Below are positions 1-12,768 of a DNA stretch of 64,000 nt, one piece after another (positions within the stretch are counted from its first letter, which is position 1; each line of letters starts with the position of its first letter). The DNA lies in contig JASANG010002067.1 of NCBI GenBank assembly GCA_030248215.1, positions 124,001 through 188,000 on the forward strand, given 5' to 3'. The notes under the pieces were generated by a model. That model was not told where the DNA came from, did no database searches, and worked only from the letters and a program-made list of their open reading frames with translations. This DNA comes from Enoplolaimus lenunculus (Eukaryota). Made by a program: the position numbers and the translations under genes.

Positions 1-1403
1 TAAACCTGAAATCTAAGCGTAAACATAAGCGTAATCCTAAGCATAAGGCTAATCCTAAGCAAAAGTCTAAGCTTCCTCGACTCAAAGTCCGCATATCTCT
101 CAGTGGGCAGGGTTCAATCCCCTAATTAACATAAGCCGATCATTGCATAATGGTTCAAAAACTTGTGATATTTTTTAGGAGTTGTAGCTGCAGTACCATT
201 GCCCAATATGCTCAGTATGCATATACCTGTATATCCCAATGCAAATGTTAAATGTATCCTGCTTGCACACTCATGCATATCATTCCGGCGGCGCCCATGG
301 AGTTAAGGTGTGCACTGAAAAAACCTAAATTTCTTGCTTTATTTAAGCGCGACGAATTGAACCAGCGATATATGAAATTGAAATAAGGGTTGCTGTAAGG
401 TGCGTTAACGTAAATTTAAATTTCCGCTTGTCATTAAACTGAGATGTACGAGTGGTGTTATTGTAGGAAACAATTAGTGCTTACAATAAACTTAGGACTT
501 AGCCAGAGGTTCGGGCAAAAGTTTAGGTTTAGGATTACGCTTATTGTAGTGTGACACAAACAAAAGGGAGGGTGGTGGTCCCAACCAATATGGGTCCAAA
601 TGTTCCAGATAGAGCCTATAAAAGAAACCAAAGAAGAAGCAGACACTAGACTGTTCAAATATGTAACAGACCGGCATAAAGTATAATAATTCGAGAGTAT
701 AGATAACGGACATGGCAACCAACAAAAATGTTTAGAAGCAAGTCAGTTCTGCACAAAAAAGAATATAAAAAGATGGGGGTTTGGTCCAAACCGAAATAAC
801 ACAGGGTGAAATAGAATTAATATACAGTCCGTAACCGAATAACAAAGGACACCCTCTGGATAGGCAAAATAAATATCAGACCTCCAGCCTTTTTTCTTGG
901 GTTAATACAGTAGGCATAGCTTAGCCTCTTCATAAAACTTTATGATTAAAGAAATTAATGGGGAGAAAAGTGTACCCGATACAGGCTTCCTTACACTTCG
1001 ATAGGCAAACGGCAAACGTTATAAAGAGCAACTTATGGCGGAAAGTACTACTTTGAACGTCCTAGATATTAAGCACAATAAAAATTGTTTTTCCTGTTAA
1101 ATAAAGTTTTGGGCTAAAACTTTTGAACTTGGAAATGTTTCAAACATTTGGCACTGTCCTTAATACTTATGGTAGTACAAACACTGTGTATTTGAACATG
1201 CAAACATTGGCATGATTAAAAGATTTATAACTGCATTTCAAATCCTAGAAACATTTAACCGTACAACCCAGAATCGATGGTGACTATGGTCTAACCGGAT
1301 ATCCGTTTTCGGTAAAATTCGGTGTCCGTTCCCGTTATAGAATAATGGAGATGCGGTTAGTTTTACGCTCAAAATTGGCTTAAACAACGTATTTATCTGA
1401 CAG

Positions 1404-2553
1404 TTGGCCAATGTTACTTTAAAGGCCGTCCCATTTTTCCGGGACAGAAATGTACCACGAGTACCCGTCCCATTTTCTCGGGACAGCAATGTCCAGGAGT
1501 ACATTATAAAATATAATTGGGACATCGGGACAGTTGGGACAGATGAGACAGTGGACAGATGGGACAGTTGGGACAGCTGGGACAGTTGGGACAGATGGGA
1601 CAGTTGGGACAGATCGGACAGATGGAACAGCGGGACATATGGGACAGTTGGGGCAGATGGGACAAATGGGACCGATGGGACAGTTGGGACAGATGGGCAG
1701 ATGGGACAGTTGGGACAGATGGGCAGATGGGACAGTTGGGACACTTGGGACAGATGGGACAGATGGAACAAACGGGACAGATTGGACAGATAGGACAGTT
1801 GGGACAGATGGGACAGTTAGGACAGATGGGACAGTTGGGACAGATGGGACAGTTGGGACAGATGGGACAGATGAGACAGATGGGACACTTGGGACAGATG
1901 GGACAGTTGGGACAGATGGGACAGTTGGGACAGATGGGACAACTGGGACAGATGGGATAGTTGGGACAGTTGGGACAGATGGGACAAATGGGACAGTTGG
2001 GACAATAGGGACAGGTGGGACAGATGGGACAGTTGGGACAGATGGGACAGTTGGGACAGTTGGGACAGATGGGACAGTTGGGTCAGTTGGGACAGATGGG
2101 ACAGTTGGGACAGATGGGACAGCGGGACAGATGGAACAGTTGGGACAAACGGACAGATGGTGCAGTTGGGACAGATGGGACAGTTGGGACAGCTGGGACA
2201 GATGGTACAGTTGGGACAGATGGGACAGTTGGGACAGATGGGACAGCTGGGACAGTTGGGACACTTGGGACAGATGAGACAGTTGGGACAAACGGGACAG
2301 ATGGGGCAGTTTGGACAGTTTGGACAGATGGGAGAGTTGGGACAGATGGGACAGATGGGACAGTTGGGACACTTGGGACAGATGGGACAGTTGGGACAAA
2401 CGGGACAGATGGTACAGTTGGGACAAACGGGACAGATGGTACAGTTGGGACAAATGGGACCGTAGGGACAGCTGGGACAGATGGGACAGTTGAGACAGAT
2501 GGGACAGTTGGGTCAGTTGGGACAGATGGGACAGCTGGGACAGTTGGGCCAGA
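1404..2553 (+). repeat. Minisatellite of about 9-bp GGGACAGAT/GGGACAGTT units (about 1518-2553) attached to a MITE-like terminus (1404-1517)
   Basis: The tandem array is directly visible and explains the low-complexity ORFs in several frames. 1404-1560 matches the reverse complement of about 62100-62292. Confidence 0.9.
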
Positions 2554-3050
2554 TGCGACATTTTTGTCAGGTCCATTCTGTTTGTTGGGAGAGCAAGATT
2601 CGACGTCTGGAACCCGGAATTCATGCTTGTGAAAAATATATAAAGTTAGTAACCCGGCAATTATTTTAATTTTTGCAATTGCAAGAAATTGTCAACTTAA
2701 TCCGTCCCATGAATAACAGGGGCAGGTTGAAAACGTGACACATGCTGGGTACATTCCTTTACAAATACACCGCAGAGAGTGTACCAGTTCACGCGTAAAG
2801 TTTTACAATTTCCCTAAATTTGATTTTCAAGTTGGGAATCGAATAAGAGTCGTTGGCTTGACAAACGTATACCATCACCATTCAGCTATATGGCATGGCG
2901 CTGTAATGACAGAGTTTGCACAGCGTGGTTACATATGTGAGAAAGGTCAATGCAGCTGATTCCAATTTCAGACCAAAAAGTTGTTGGGCATTGTTAGCAG
3001 AACATTTATAATTTTTACAACCTAAGTACATCAATAACGATAACTTTACT

Positions 3051-4636
3051 ATGTTTCCATTGTCGATGCAAATTTTGCCTCGTTCGGCTGTTCCGTTTCT
3101 GTTCACAGCGCTAGCAGTTGCGTTCGTGATTGCTCTTGTGATGCCTACAGCAACGCATGCCGGAAGACATTTGCGTGTTCGTGATCCGGAAGAAGTATTT
3201 GATGTTGAACAGCCGTCCAGAATCGACAACGCATATGTTCCAGCTGTTCGCCAACTGTTCGGAAGAAGCTTTTACCGCACCGGCAAAAGGGCACGTAAGT
3301 AACAGTTTGGCCTTTAAGCCTGTTTTGTCAAATGACTATAGCACCAATCATCAAGTCGCAATAGGTTTTAAACTAAAAGTACCAAAGAATGTTTACAAAG
3401 TCATCAAAATCGACCATAAACCTCTTGCTATGTATATACGGAATCTACGACAATTGTTCGACCGACAACTTGTCGCCCAACAATGACCCAAAACCTATTG
3501 TAAACCTAAGCAAAATCCTAAGCGTAATCTTAAGCCTAAACCAAAGCCTAAGCACAATGATAGGCGACGAATCGTACACTAGATGAAAATTTGCGTTACA
3601 ACTGGTCGGTCGACGAGTTGTTTGGCGACGAATTGTGGTGATACCGTAATATGATTTAAAGTTTCTGTATATTCGATATATAAAATTTTCCCTAGTTTTT
3701 AATTTCTGCCACCAGCGAATGCCGGTAGGCTGAACAATTTTCCATTTCTGCTGGACTGTCCCGTATATAAGCTTATATATTTAAACTCAGAGCGCGCCGT
3801 GTCTTATAAAATGGTCAGTGTACATAGAAAATTAGTTGTGCTGAGGTCTATACAGCTGTAAAATCTTGAGATATGGGAACAAAAATTTGCGTTGTAAACT
3901 TGATTTTAACCCTGATAAAATTACGCTCGGCAGCTAATGAAGGGATCCATCCCCTCTACCCCTTGAACTAGGCTTGATGATGAACAGGTTAAGAGAGGAT
4001 TGATCTGCGTCCGTATTTCCAAATGACCATACCACTATCATCTCTCAATATTACGTTTTTAATTAAATGGATCAATAGGGAAATGGACGTATTGCAATTT
4101 CGCAAACTTTCACTCTTTACTTTGATAAGTACAGAACCTATCGTCAATTGGTGAGCGATATTATGCGTAGCGTAGAATATTACAGCGTGTACACGGACTA
4201 CCTATTATGAATAAGAAATTAACTAAAACGTTGCTCACCCATCCTTTTATAAAATTTCAGCTTTAAAAAAAAATCAAACTTATATTTTTACTGAATAATA
4301 TTAATTAGCATAAGCTACCAGGAGTATGCATAAATCTTAATTTCACTACTAAGGTATTGCAATAGCAAAAAACCAAATATACCGACAATGAATTACGTGA
4401 ATACACAGTTAATTTCAAGCTGAAACAAAATTTAAAAAAGTAAATATTGAAAGATGTTAACAAAAACTCGAAACCAAAAATACATTTTACTACCATCACC
4501 ATCATCACCACCAGCGCCACAAAACGCACAATTTGAACTTTCAGTTGGGCTCGGCATCGCCGAAGAAATAGCAAACGTAGAAGATGTTCCAACACAAGAA
4601 GAGATTGAAAAATTTAAATTTCTTAAACGAGAATAA
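3051..4636 (+). CDS. nlp-49: Neuropeptide precursor (nlp-49-like), isoform A: join(3051..3294,4545..4636)
   Basis: Hydrophobic signal peptide (VPFLFTALAVAFVIALVMPTATHA), then LF-GR and SFYRT-GKR processing sites. Phase-1 GTAAGT donor at 3295 and TTTCAG acceptor at 4539-4544 give the in-frame ending KR-ALGLGIAEEIANVEDVPTQEEIEKFKFL-KR-E*. Confidence 0.65.
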
Positions 4637-6312
4637 TGTTTCAATGAAATATATGTTGGTGTTTCCTGCACCTCTGTGTCTATTGATTTCTGCTCAACAA
4701 CTTTTTTGCGCCTATTTTCAAAAGGTCTATGATATTAACTTGGCATTAATAGATAGCAGTTCAGTTGGCAACTGTTTGCGTTACTCTAGTTAAAGAGTTT
4801 TCCTTGCACTGTTTATAAAGCAACTTCTTATGGCAAGGTTGTATTTGCATTAAGTTTATGTTTTCGTAAGGTTAAAATTTTTTCAAATTCAAGCTGTCCT
4901 TGGCGATGAAAAGTAAATTAATTACTACTCCAAACGGACTCGAAACGCTGTGATCAACCAGCAAGTTAACATAACTCATTTGGTACGATATTTTAATTAA
5001 AAATTTATTATAAACGTCACATTTTTTACCCAACAGTATTTGACTGACGATGCTTTGGCCAAGTATTAATGTGATTATTTATAATTTGTAGCTTGTTCAC
5101 TTCCCCATCAATAAGTTTCCCTTACACATTTAAGCATTGTATGGTATCAGCACTTCTTATATTCGCTTCAGTAGACCTACCACCTTCGGAACCCTCTGCA
5201 ATTCCAAAGGTTCCCAAGTAGGACGGGGGGCTGTCGCGGCCAGATTCTTGATACTACGCAATTTATTATTTTAGAAGTTTAAATTTCTTATGAAATATAT
5301 ATTTTTGCGTTGTTTTGTTCTAGTATGAGAACTGTTGAGTGCGATTGATTTGGGCGACAGCTCCCATCATGCTTAGCGTCCCATAAAATTACGGAGGGTT
5401 CAGGGGGGGTGACAGCCCTCCTGATCGGTAAGTAAATAAAAAGTGCTCATACCACACTACTCTATAAATCCGGAAAGAGCTACATTTTTCCAATTATTTA
5501 TTTACTATAAATGATAACTAGTGTAGAGGTAATTAAGTAATGTACCTATAAGTTTATAAATCTGGATATTCTTTGTGTTTTCCATTTATGTTGCTATGTT
5601 TTTGCGTTTTATATTTGCGCGAAAAAAATATGGTTTTTGGTTTAGCGTTAATTCTGAATTTTTTCAAAATGTTTAAAAAATGATCTATTAATGATTTTTC
5701 TCTGTTGAGCATCATCACTTATAATCAAGCATAGAATAGGATCTGATATTTGAATACCAGAATATCTAGATACGAAAAGAAAAAGCCGCTCAACGACGGT
5801 AATAGTACTGCTATGTCGAAGGCGCATATTGCGTTGATCATAAATTACAATACCGTGATTAATAGCCGCCCCTAACCGCTAAGAAGACGTCAGCTGGTCA
5901 GGGGGCATCACTCCAACTGATTCAGCAAACTTTTAAGCAGTTTCTTACAATTGCCAAAGGTTTGGTCACTTCACAATTTGAACAACATAGAGATCGTTCT
6001 TAATAAATAGAACTTTCGGTGGATTATACGCGTGCTTCACTGATCCATGCGAACGGTCGCTACACGTTGTGTAAGCTTGGCCCTGCATAGATGTTTAACG
6101 GTTAGGAATATAGTATCTACTGAACAAAATCTATGTTCAATACCGAATCACATTATATTGTATGATTAAGCTTTCTAGCATTCGTTTTTTACTGAGCTAT
6201 CCCGTTTTGTTTTCAACAATTTTATCTTTTAGTTGGCCTTGGCATTGCTGAAGAAATCGCAAACGTTCCGCAAGATGTCGACAATTTTTCGTTTTTAAAG
6301 CGTCAGCTTTGA
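3051..6312 (+). CDS. nlp-49: Neuropeptide precursor (nlp-49-like), isoform B: join(3051..3294,6233..6312)
   Basis: Same donor spliced to a TTTTAG acceptor ending at 6232 gives KR-ALGLGIAEEIANVPQDVDNFSFL-KR-QL*. AATAAA lies at 6392. The peptide aligns by eye with C. elegans NLP-49-3, recalled as SPSMGLSLAEYMASPQGQDNFHFIPS-amide. Confidence 0.75.
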
Positions 6313-7149
6313 AAACAACTCTTCGGCTGTCGAAGCGGATTGAAAATTCGTCTATATATTTTCGAACTTATTAATATATTTTGAAACGTTTAATAAATAA
6401 AACTGCACTAGTCTATTATTATCATTTTAGTGTTTAGTCGTTTTATAAGCTCGTGCTTAAAACGAGAATTATTGATTTTGGGCAATGCGTAAACGTGTGA
6501 TATTTCTCAGAACTTTGAATGCAGTGAAATTAAAGTTTAGCAAATTCAATTACGAACGGAATTAGCCTCGGGTTAAAATTCCGTTCACCTGAATGCATAA
6601 GACTTGCTAACCTGCCGCAGTAAACAAAAATAGCGATCCATCTCGATTGTAAACTCAATGCTTTGCGATTACTGTTCCGCGCTAAGTTCCCGTTAGTTTT
6701 TCGTCTCATAATGAATGTATCCAATCTCGCATATATTAAAGTCAAACGATTTTGGCTCATAATCTATTGACATCTTCAAGTCATAAATATCATATTCTGT
6801 TGATCTGTCTGCCTGACACAGTTTTGAAATAAAAAGAAATAAATGACAAATGTATAATGTTTAGAAGGTTCATGTTAGAATTTGTCTCATTTTCTGAACA
6901 GAAAGCTAAAGTTGAAATGGAAAGTTAAACTGGATCGTTTATCAACATTTTTACATTTTTTCACAAATGCTTCACAGACGTTCATCATTATTTTAATAGT
7001 TTTCAAACTGATTTGCATACCAATCTACGTTAGGGGCTCCCAATTTGTGCGGCATGACGTCAAACATGGGCACGTTAAGCCAGGAAACCTACGGCCCATA
7101 TATCTGTATTGGCTCCATTGTAAAATACATGAAATTCTCGCGAAGCACA

Positions 7150-7312
7150 CGGGTCCGTAGCCAATGGGGGGCCAAGATGGCTCAGCCCCGCTGGAAAAAT
7201 TCTGGCCCCCCTAGAACATATTTAACCTTGCTTGTAACTCACTGAAAACCTTTAAATGCACCTCCTGAAAAAGTGTTAGTTCTTCGAGCAAGCTTGGCTG
7301 GCTACACACCCG
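7150..7312. mobile_element. Short hAT-like MITE; uninterrupted relative of the outer element at 45809-46609
   Basis: Termini CGGGTCCGTAGCCA ... TGGCTACACACCCG. The internal AACCTTGCTTGTAACTCA is shared with 45872-45889. Flanks gaagcaca/aaaccaca resemble a decayed 8-bp TSD. Confidence 0.65.
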
Positions 7313-8050
7313 AAACCACATTCACCCCTTCGCGCAGTATTCGGGTGGCTACAGCCTGGCTTGACGTTCCTACGAGCGCGTAAAGCCAAAGGGAGTCTAT
7401 CACCCTTTTGATTTGTCTGCTCCAAATTGTAAATTGTGTGAAATTCTAGCATGAGACCCACCTAAAACTTTTTAGCTCCCACAATTTATATTCGTGTTTA
7501 TAACTGACCAGGCCGAACACTGTTTCATGCGCTATACACATGCACAGAATAATAATGCAGTATGAAATAGGCTCTTGTGTGCATTAAATGTAATGTATGT
7601 TTATTCAGCTGCTACAAAAATTGGCAAAAACTCTGGTTTATATTTGATGTTCCAGAAGCTTATAGTATGCCGGCGGTTTTGCAGCAAAAGCCACCGATTT
7701 TAGTTTTCAGTAACAAATTAGATTTTTATTTATTTCTTGTTTTTTTTGCGTTTGAGACAAATTTGATTCTAAGCCTAAAATTCAGTTGTTAAATATGCCC
7801 CAATCTTGAGGATTCTTTTAATAATCTATTAAGGTTCTCAATTATAAGGCTCATTGTACAGTAACTGTGAACTGGCGCATTTGACAGTTGCCCATCTTGG
7901 TTCAGATTTAAAACCATGATTTTGCATTGAAGTTTAGCGCTAAAATTTAGTTTCACTTATACTAGCGTCGCGCGCTCGTTTTTCTACCTATATTTTACTC
8001 GCCCTACCCCCCTTTAGAACTTACTAAGTTTGCCGGTACAGTAAATATCA

Positions 8051-8400
8051 CCAGACTATCCTCGCCCCCGGCTGCCACTTTGCGTGACTTGGTATATAAT
8101 TTTCGCGCGGCCGACTGCCCAGCGTGCGTCAGGACGCGTGGTCGAACGGCGGCATGCGGCTTAGCAGAATACAGCGCAACCTGTGCTCGTGCATAATTGC
8201 GTCTTTTAGTTTAGCTGCATTTTATCGACAATTGCTATTAAGTTTGCTAAACCTGATAATTTTAAAATTTATAATCAGTAAAATTGTCCTTGCTGAAGGC
8301 TTACAATTTATGAAAATAAAATAAACTTTAGATCATACAACGAAATAAAAGCAACTAATATAAACTGTGCTTGCCTTGCCAAAGCGGAAAATTCACTGCC
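8051..8400 (+). repeat. Dispersed repeat of about 350 bp, copy 1 (unclassified)
   Basis: Colinear similarity with 11471-11811, e.g. GCGTCTTTTAGTTTAG, ACAATTGCTATT, ACCTGATAATTTTAAA, AAAAGCAACTAATATAAA. Confidence 0.8.
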
Positions 8401-11400
8401 CCGAACGCTTACCGCTTTATATTTCAAAATACTCTTCTGGAAGCGGCCGAGTATATAGTTTCTATCGTGTCTATCTGAAATCATTGACAGTATTTATCAA
8501 ATAAAAGAAAAGGATGCAACATTCTAACTTATTCCACTTATAGATACAATTGATAATGTATATATGTCGAATCAAAGTACACATAAAGCATTGCAGTGCC
8601 TTTTTATATATTTAGAATATGATCCAAACTTACACATTCTACCACGAACATTTTTCGATTTTATCTGAGGTCAAATCTCAAGCAAAGATTTGACCCCTGT
8701 GTATCATTTCGCATCGTACATCGTTTGTAATTTTGTACTAAAGTTGCTTATACCACACTATGTGCCAAAAACAATCATAGACAGTAAAACTGAAATTTTT
8801 TTCCGTACCAATTTCTCGAAAGAATAATTTTCATTTTGCATGATATTTATCTAATTTTAAGCTAAACCTTGGACTCAATTACTCCCGGATACGAGACATG
8901 TAACGTCGTCGCTTGACTAAGGAAGCCTATTGTGTTCTATTCTGAGTACATAGTTTGCGCCAACTTGCTCGCAGTATACTCTATGCGTGAAAGGTTACAA
9001 ATTTACTTTAGCTACTTCAAGACTGTTGTACCGTGCACCCGGAATCTTGTGAGCCTGAGCCAGGTAACTATATAGCTCCTGCGATCCCCATAGATAATTT
9101 TATTTGTCTCCACTTTGATAATAAACCGAAAAGGTTCTTCTGAACTGAATTTTTATTTGCGTCGTTTTATTTTTATATTTAAATCTACAAAATATATCAT
9201 GATCTCAAATATGTAAACAACATCTGTTACCCAATGAATTTTAGCTCACACAGACAGCGCCATACCTAAAACCTTCGTTCCCAGCCACAATTTGAAAATG
9301 CGTAAACCACGATTTTAGTATTAATAATATAACCAACCTAAGTATTAATGTATAATTCACGCAGGTTTCAAATCGTAAAATACAATCGCTTCTAATGCTT
9401 ATACACCGGTTTGTATAAAAATAAAACCGTTTGAAAAAAATAAAATCCACAGCCCATTTCGATAGGGTCCAACAGCATTTCAAATATTAACAGGAAGTAC
9501 GAAGTTGGTTTTACAGTTGCGTTTTGGTTTACCTACCATTGTTTGTTTGTAATGCGTTGTCCTGTGGCGGATCCAGAAATTGCAGTTGAAAGGGTGTCTC
9601 GTGGTCTCGGACAATATGTAGTAGTGACAAAACGTAGCGAACAAACCGAGCTAGAAGCCGGACGCATTTAGTTATTTCTGTTGGGAAGCATGGCTTGGAT
9701 AAACCTCATCAATCCGCGGGTTGCGTAACGGATCATCTAAAGTTGCTGTATGTTTACGAGTTTAAAATGTTAATGAGCTTAAGCATTAGACTAATTTCTC
9801 GCTTAAGGCTTTAGCTTAGGATTAGGTTTTTGTATAGGCTTTATCATCACGCTTAGGATTTGACTTTGGTTTAGGCTTACGAATATGCTTACTGTAAGGG
9901 CATCTATCCATACTTAGGCCAAAGGTACAAATACGTTGTACCCTTCATCTTGTACCCGCCATGTGGAAATTAGAAAAGCACTTTTAAACTAAGGATATAA
10001 ATCGTCAGTAAAGAAAAATTGGATGTAGAAACTGTTTCTTGTTTGTTACTACTACACATAATTGAAGTTTATTTACTGTGCAAGCTATTTTAAATAGGTT
10101 GCGAATGGTAATTGAGGCCGTTTCCAAGTTTATTTGTACTTTCAGTTACGATTTCAAGTGTGAATGGTTCCAAAGGATATTTAGACAAAACCTTTAATTT
10201 TGTCCAATTTTAGTGTCTACTATTTGATGTTAGAATTGTCATCAGTTTTTCAATTTGTTCCAAGAATTGTTTTAGTTTGCGATTGCTACATATTCAAAAA
10301 TCGATAGTAGTAATTAGTAAAAGGCGTTTCTAATTTCTATGTGGCGAGAGCAAGAAAATGTGGGTACCGCAAAAATTGATCTTCAGAATTTAATTTTTAC
10401 TACATTTGCTACTGTAAGAATTTACATAAATGTCAGTTTGTTCGATCTATTCCGCAGCATGACGGTGTCAAGCCAACGGGTTCACCCTACAAACTAAATT
10501 TTACCTAAATGTTGGGCGCACTTGCTTACAAAATACAAACAAAACGGAAAAAACTATTATTTGCAAGGACACGTTATACCCTCGTCTTTCTGGTACGCGA
10601 TAGTTCCTTTCTCAGTAGCTTATGCGCATTTCAATGTTTGTCACTGTTTTTATCTGATATCGATAAAGCTTGCAAAATACGTTGCAACAAGCTATTGCTT
10701 CCTGTACATCTTTGAAATTTTAGGTCTCGGACCTGCACGCCTACATGTAATCATGCTTAAAACATTTTTTCAGCTAAAATTATTTCACTACTGACATCTG
10801 AATTTGAGGGTTTTTACTTTTTTATAAAGTTTGCACAGTTCAGAAAATAACACCGCAAACACTTGAAAAAAAGTATGCAAGTAGCTCGGCCTTGTGAATT
10901 TGTGATATATTTAGTGTTCTATACATGCCCAAAATTTATGATTCATTATTTTAAGTATATTACAAAATAATATGCATATATATGTCATAAATCGCTGCGT
11001 GGATCATTTTGTAGCAGTAGGCTTTTGTATTTCAGCAGAATGTTTTATATACTGCGTGAGAGCAAATACCACAGAATCCAACATGAGATATTTTTCCACA
11101 ATTTTATTGAAACCTTTTACTGTAGCCGTGGTTTGTTTTAAACGTTTTCCAAACCATAGAAGAGCATGAGAATTTGTATCGATGTATTCTAAACCAAGTT
11201 TGATGATCAATAAAAATAAGCTATTTGCAAAATTATAAATTTATTTTACGCGTTTTTGCTAATAATGCGAGGTTCAAGAGCAGATGCAAGCGAGGGCCAT
11301 TCTGGTCTTGGCCTCTCGAACAGGTTTGTATTAAAGTTCAGCACTAAAATTGCGTTCAGCTTTTCGTTCGCTTCGCTCTTGAGTTGTTTTTCATTATATG

Positions 11401-11470
11401 TCTCTCCCCCTTGACTTTTAAAAGTTTCCGTATCTGCCACGACAATAAATATTAGCAAATGCTGGGCTCC

Positions 11471-11811
11471 GCTATACTCGCTCCTGGATGTCACATTCTG
11501 TGATTTGGTATATGATTTACGTGCGGCGGAAGGCACAGCGTGCGGCAGCAGACGCAGTGGCGGACAGCGGCTTAGGGCTTAGTCGAAGCTATCGCAATCT
11601 GTATTCGTGCACCATCGCGTCTTTTAGTTTAGTTGCGTTATCACAATTGCTATTGGTTTGCTGGACCTGATAATTTTAAATTTTTAACCATCATTTAAAT
11701 CAACAAAGTCGTCCTGGTTAAAAGCTTACATTTTTTGAAATCGAATATAACAGTTAAATAAAAAGCAACTAATATAAATCGTACTTGCCAGCCAGAGCTG
11801 TAAACTCACTG
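11471..11811 (+). repeat. Dispersed repeat of about 350 bp, copy 2 (unclassified)
   Basis: Diverged direct copy of 8051-8400. Confidence 0.8.
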
Positions 11812-12768
11812 AAATGGATAATCACTCCGAAGGTGTCCTAGAGGAATGATTGCATATACATAGCATTTTGTGTCAATAAGATTATAGTTTATATTTTGAA
11901 CTTTTTCAAAAGAAATTAAATGATTTGGTAAAATAAAATTTTTCAACTTCTAGGATCAAGATGGCTATTAAAATCGTGTTTGAAGTGCGTTTTTCTTGTT
12001 TCTGTAAAAATTTCGGCGTAGAATATGTCGCTATTTCCCTTATCTACGGTCCTATTCGCGATTAAAAACGACAATCTGGTTTTTTGTGAATATATATTTT
12101 GATTTGTAGTTTGACGTTTATTTACACAAAAGTGAACACCCCATCGTGCTCGAGCGTCAAGTTCCTATAGCAGAATGGTAATTGAACGCCTTCCACTTTG
12201 GCAGACGTGAGTTGGAATCTTTTCATCAAAACAGGTGTTCGGTAAAACAGAAAATATTCATACAGGAAAAGGTTAATGCTGTTCCAAAGCAGAGCTAGGA
12301 TCTTAATATTTTTCAAAAACAAAACTAAAAGCGGTTCCGGGTTCATATTTTTATAGCCAGTATATACGATCAGATGATTTATTCTTAAACATTGAATAAA
12401 CACTGGAATCGTCAAAATAAGAAACAAACTACAAATATTGTGCGGTATATATAGGTGTTGCAACTTTGCTGTTACTCCGAAGAAGTACCATATCATTCGA
12501 TTTATTAATTAGATTGCACCAAACAGTTATATTATAACTGCGAAAACTTTGCCGACAACCAAGCTTTGATCGTATATTCAGGTGTTCTCAAACTAAAACT
12601 GGTTTTTATTGAAGCTGGAAAGTGTTTCTATATATTGAACAAATTTTGAATTTCATCTGCTCACAGTTTAATGCGTTGTTAGAACACAGAAATAACTTCG
12701 AGATTTATATGGAAAATTTACTAAATATTTTATATACCTGAAAAAAGCCATTTCTACCAAAATTTCAA

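Noticed and set aside
1518..2553. CRISPR-like array
   Set aside because: No unique spacers, eukaryotic context and no cas genes.
1238..2669. Long ORFs in several frames (up to 401 aa; GTDGTV, SQLSHL, WDRWDS repeats), superficially collagen- or antifreeze-like
   Set aside because: They are translations of a stop-poor 9-bp minisatellite, open on both strands and attached to a transposon terminus.
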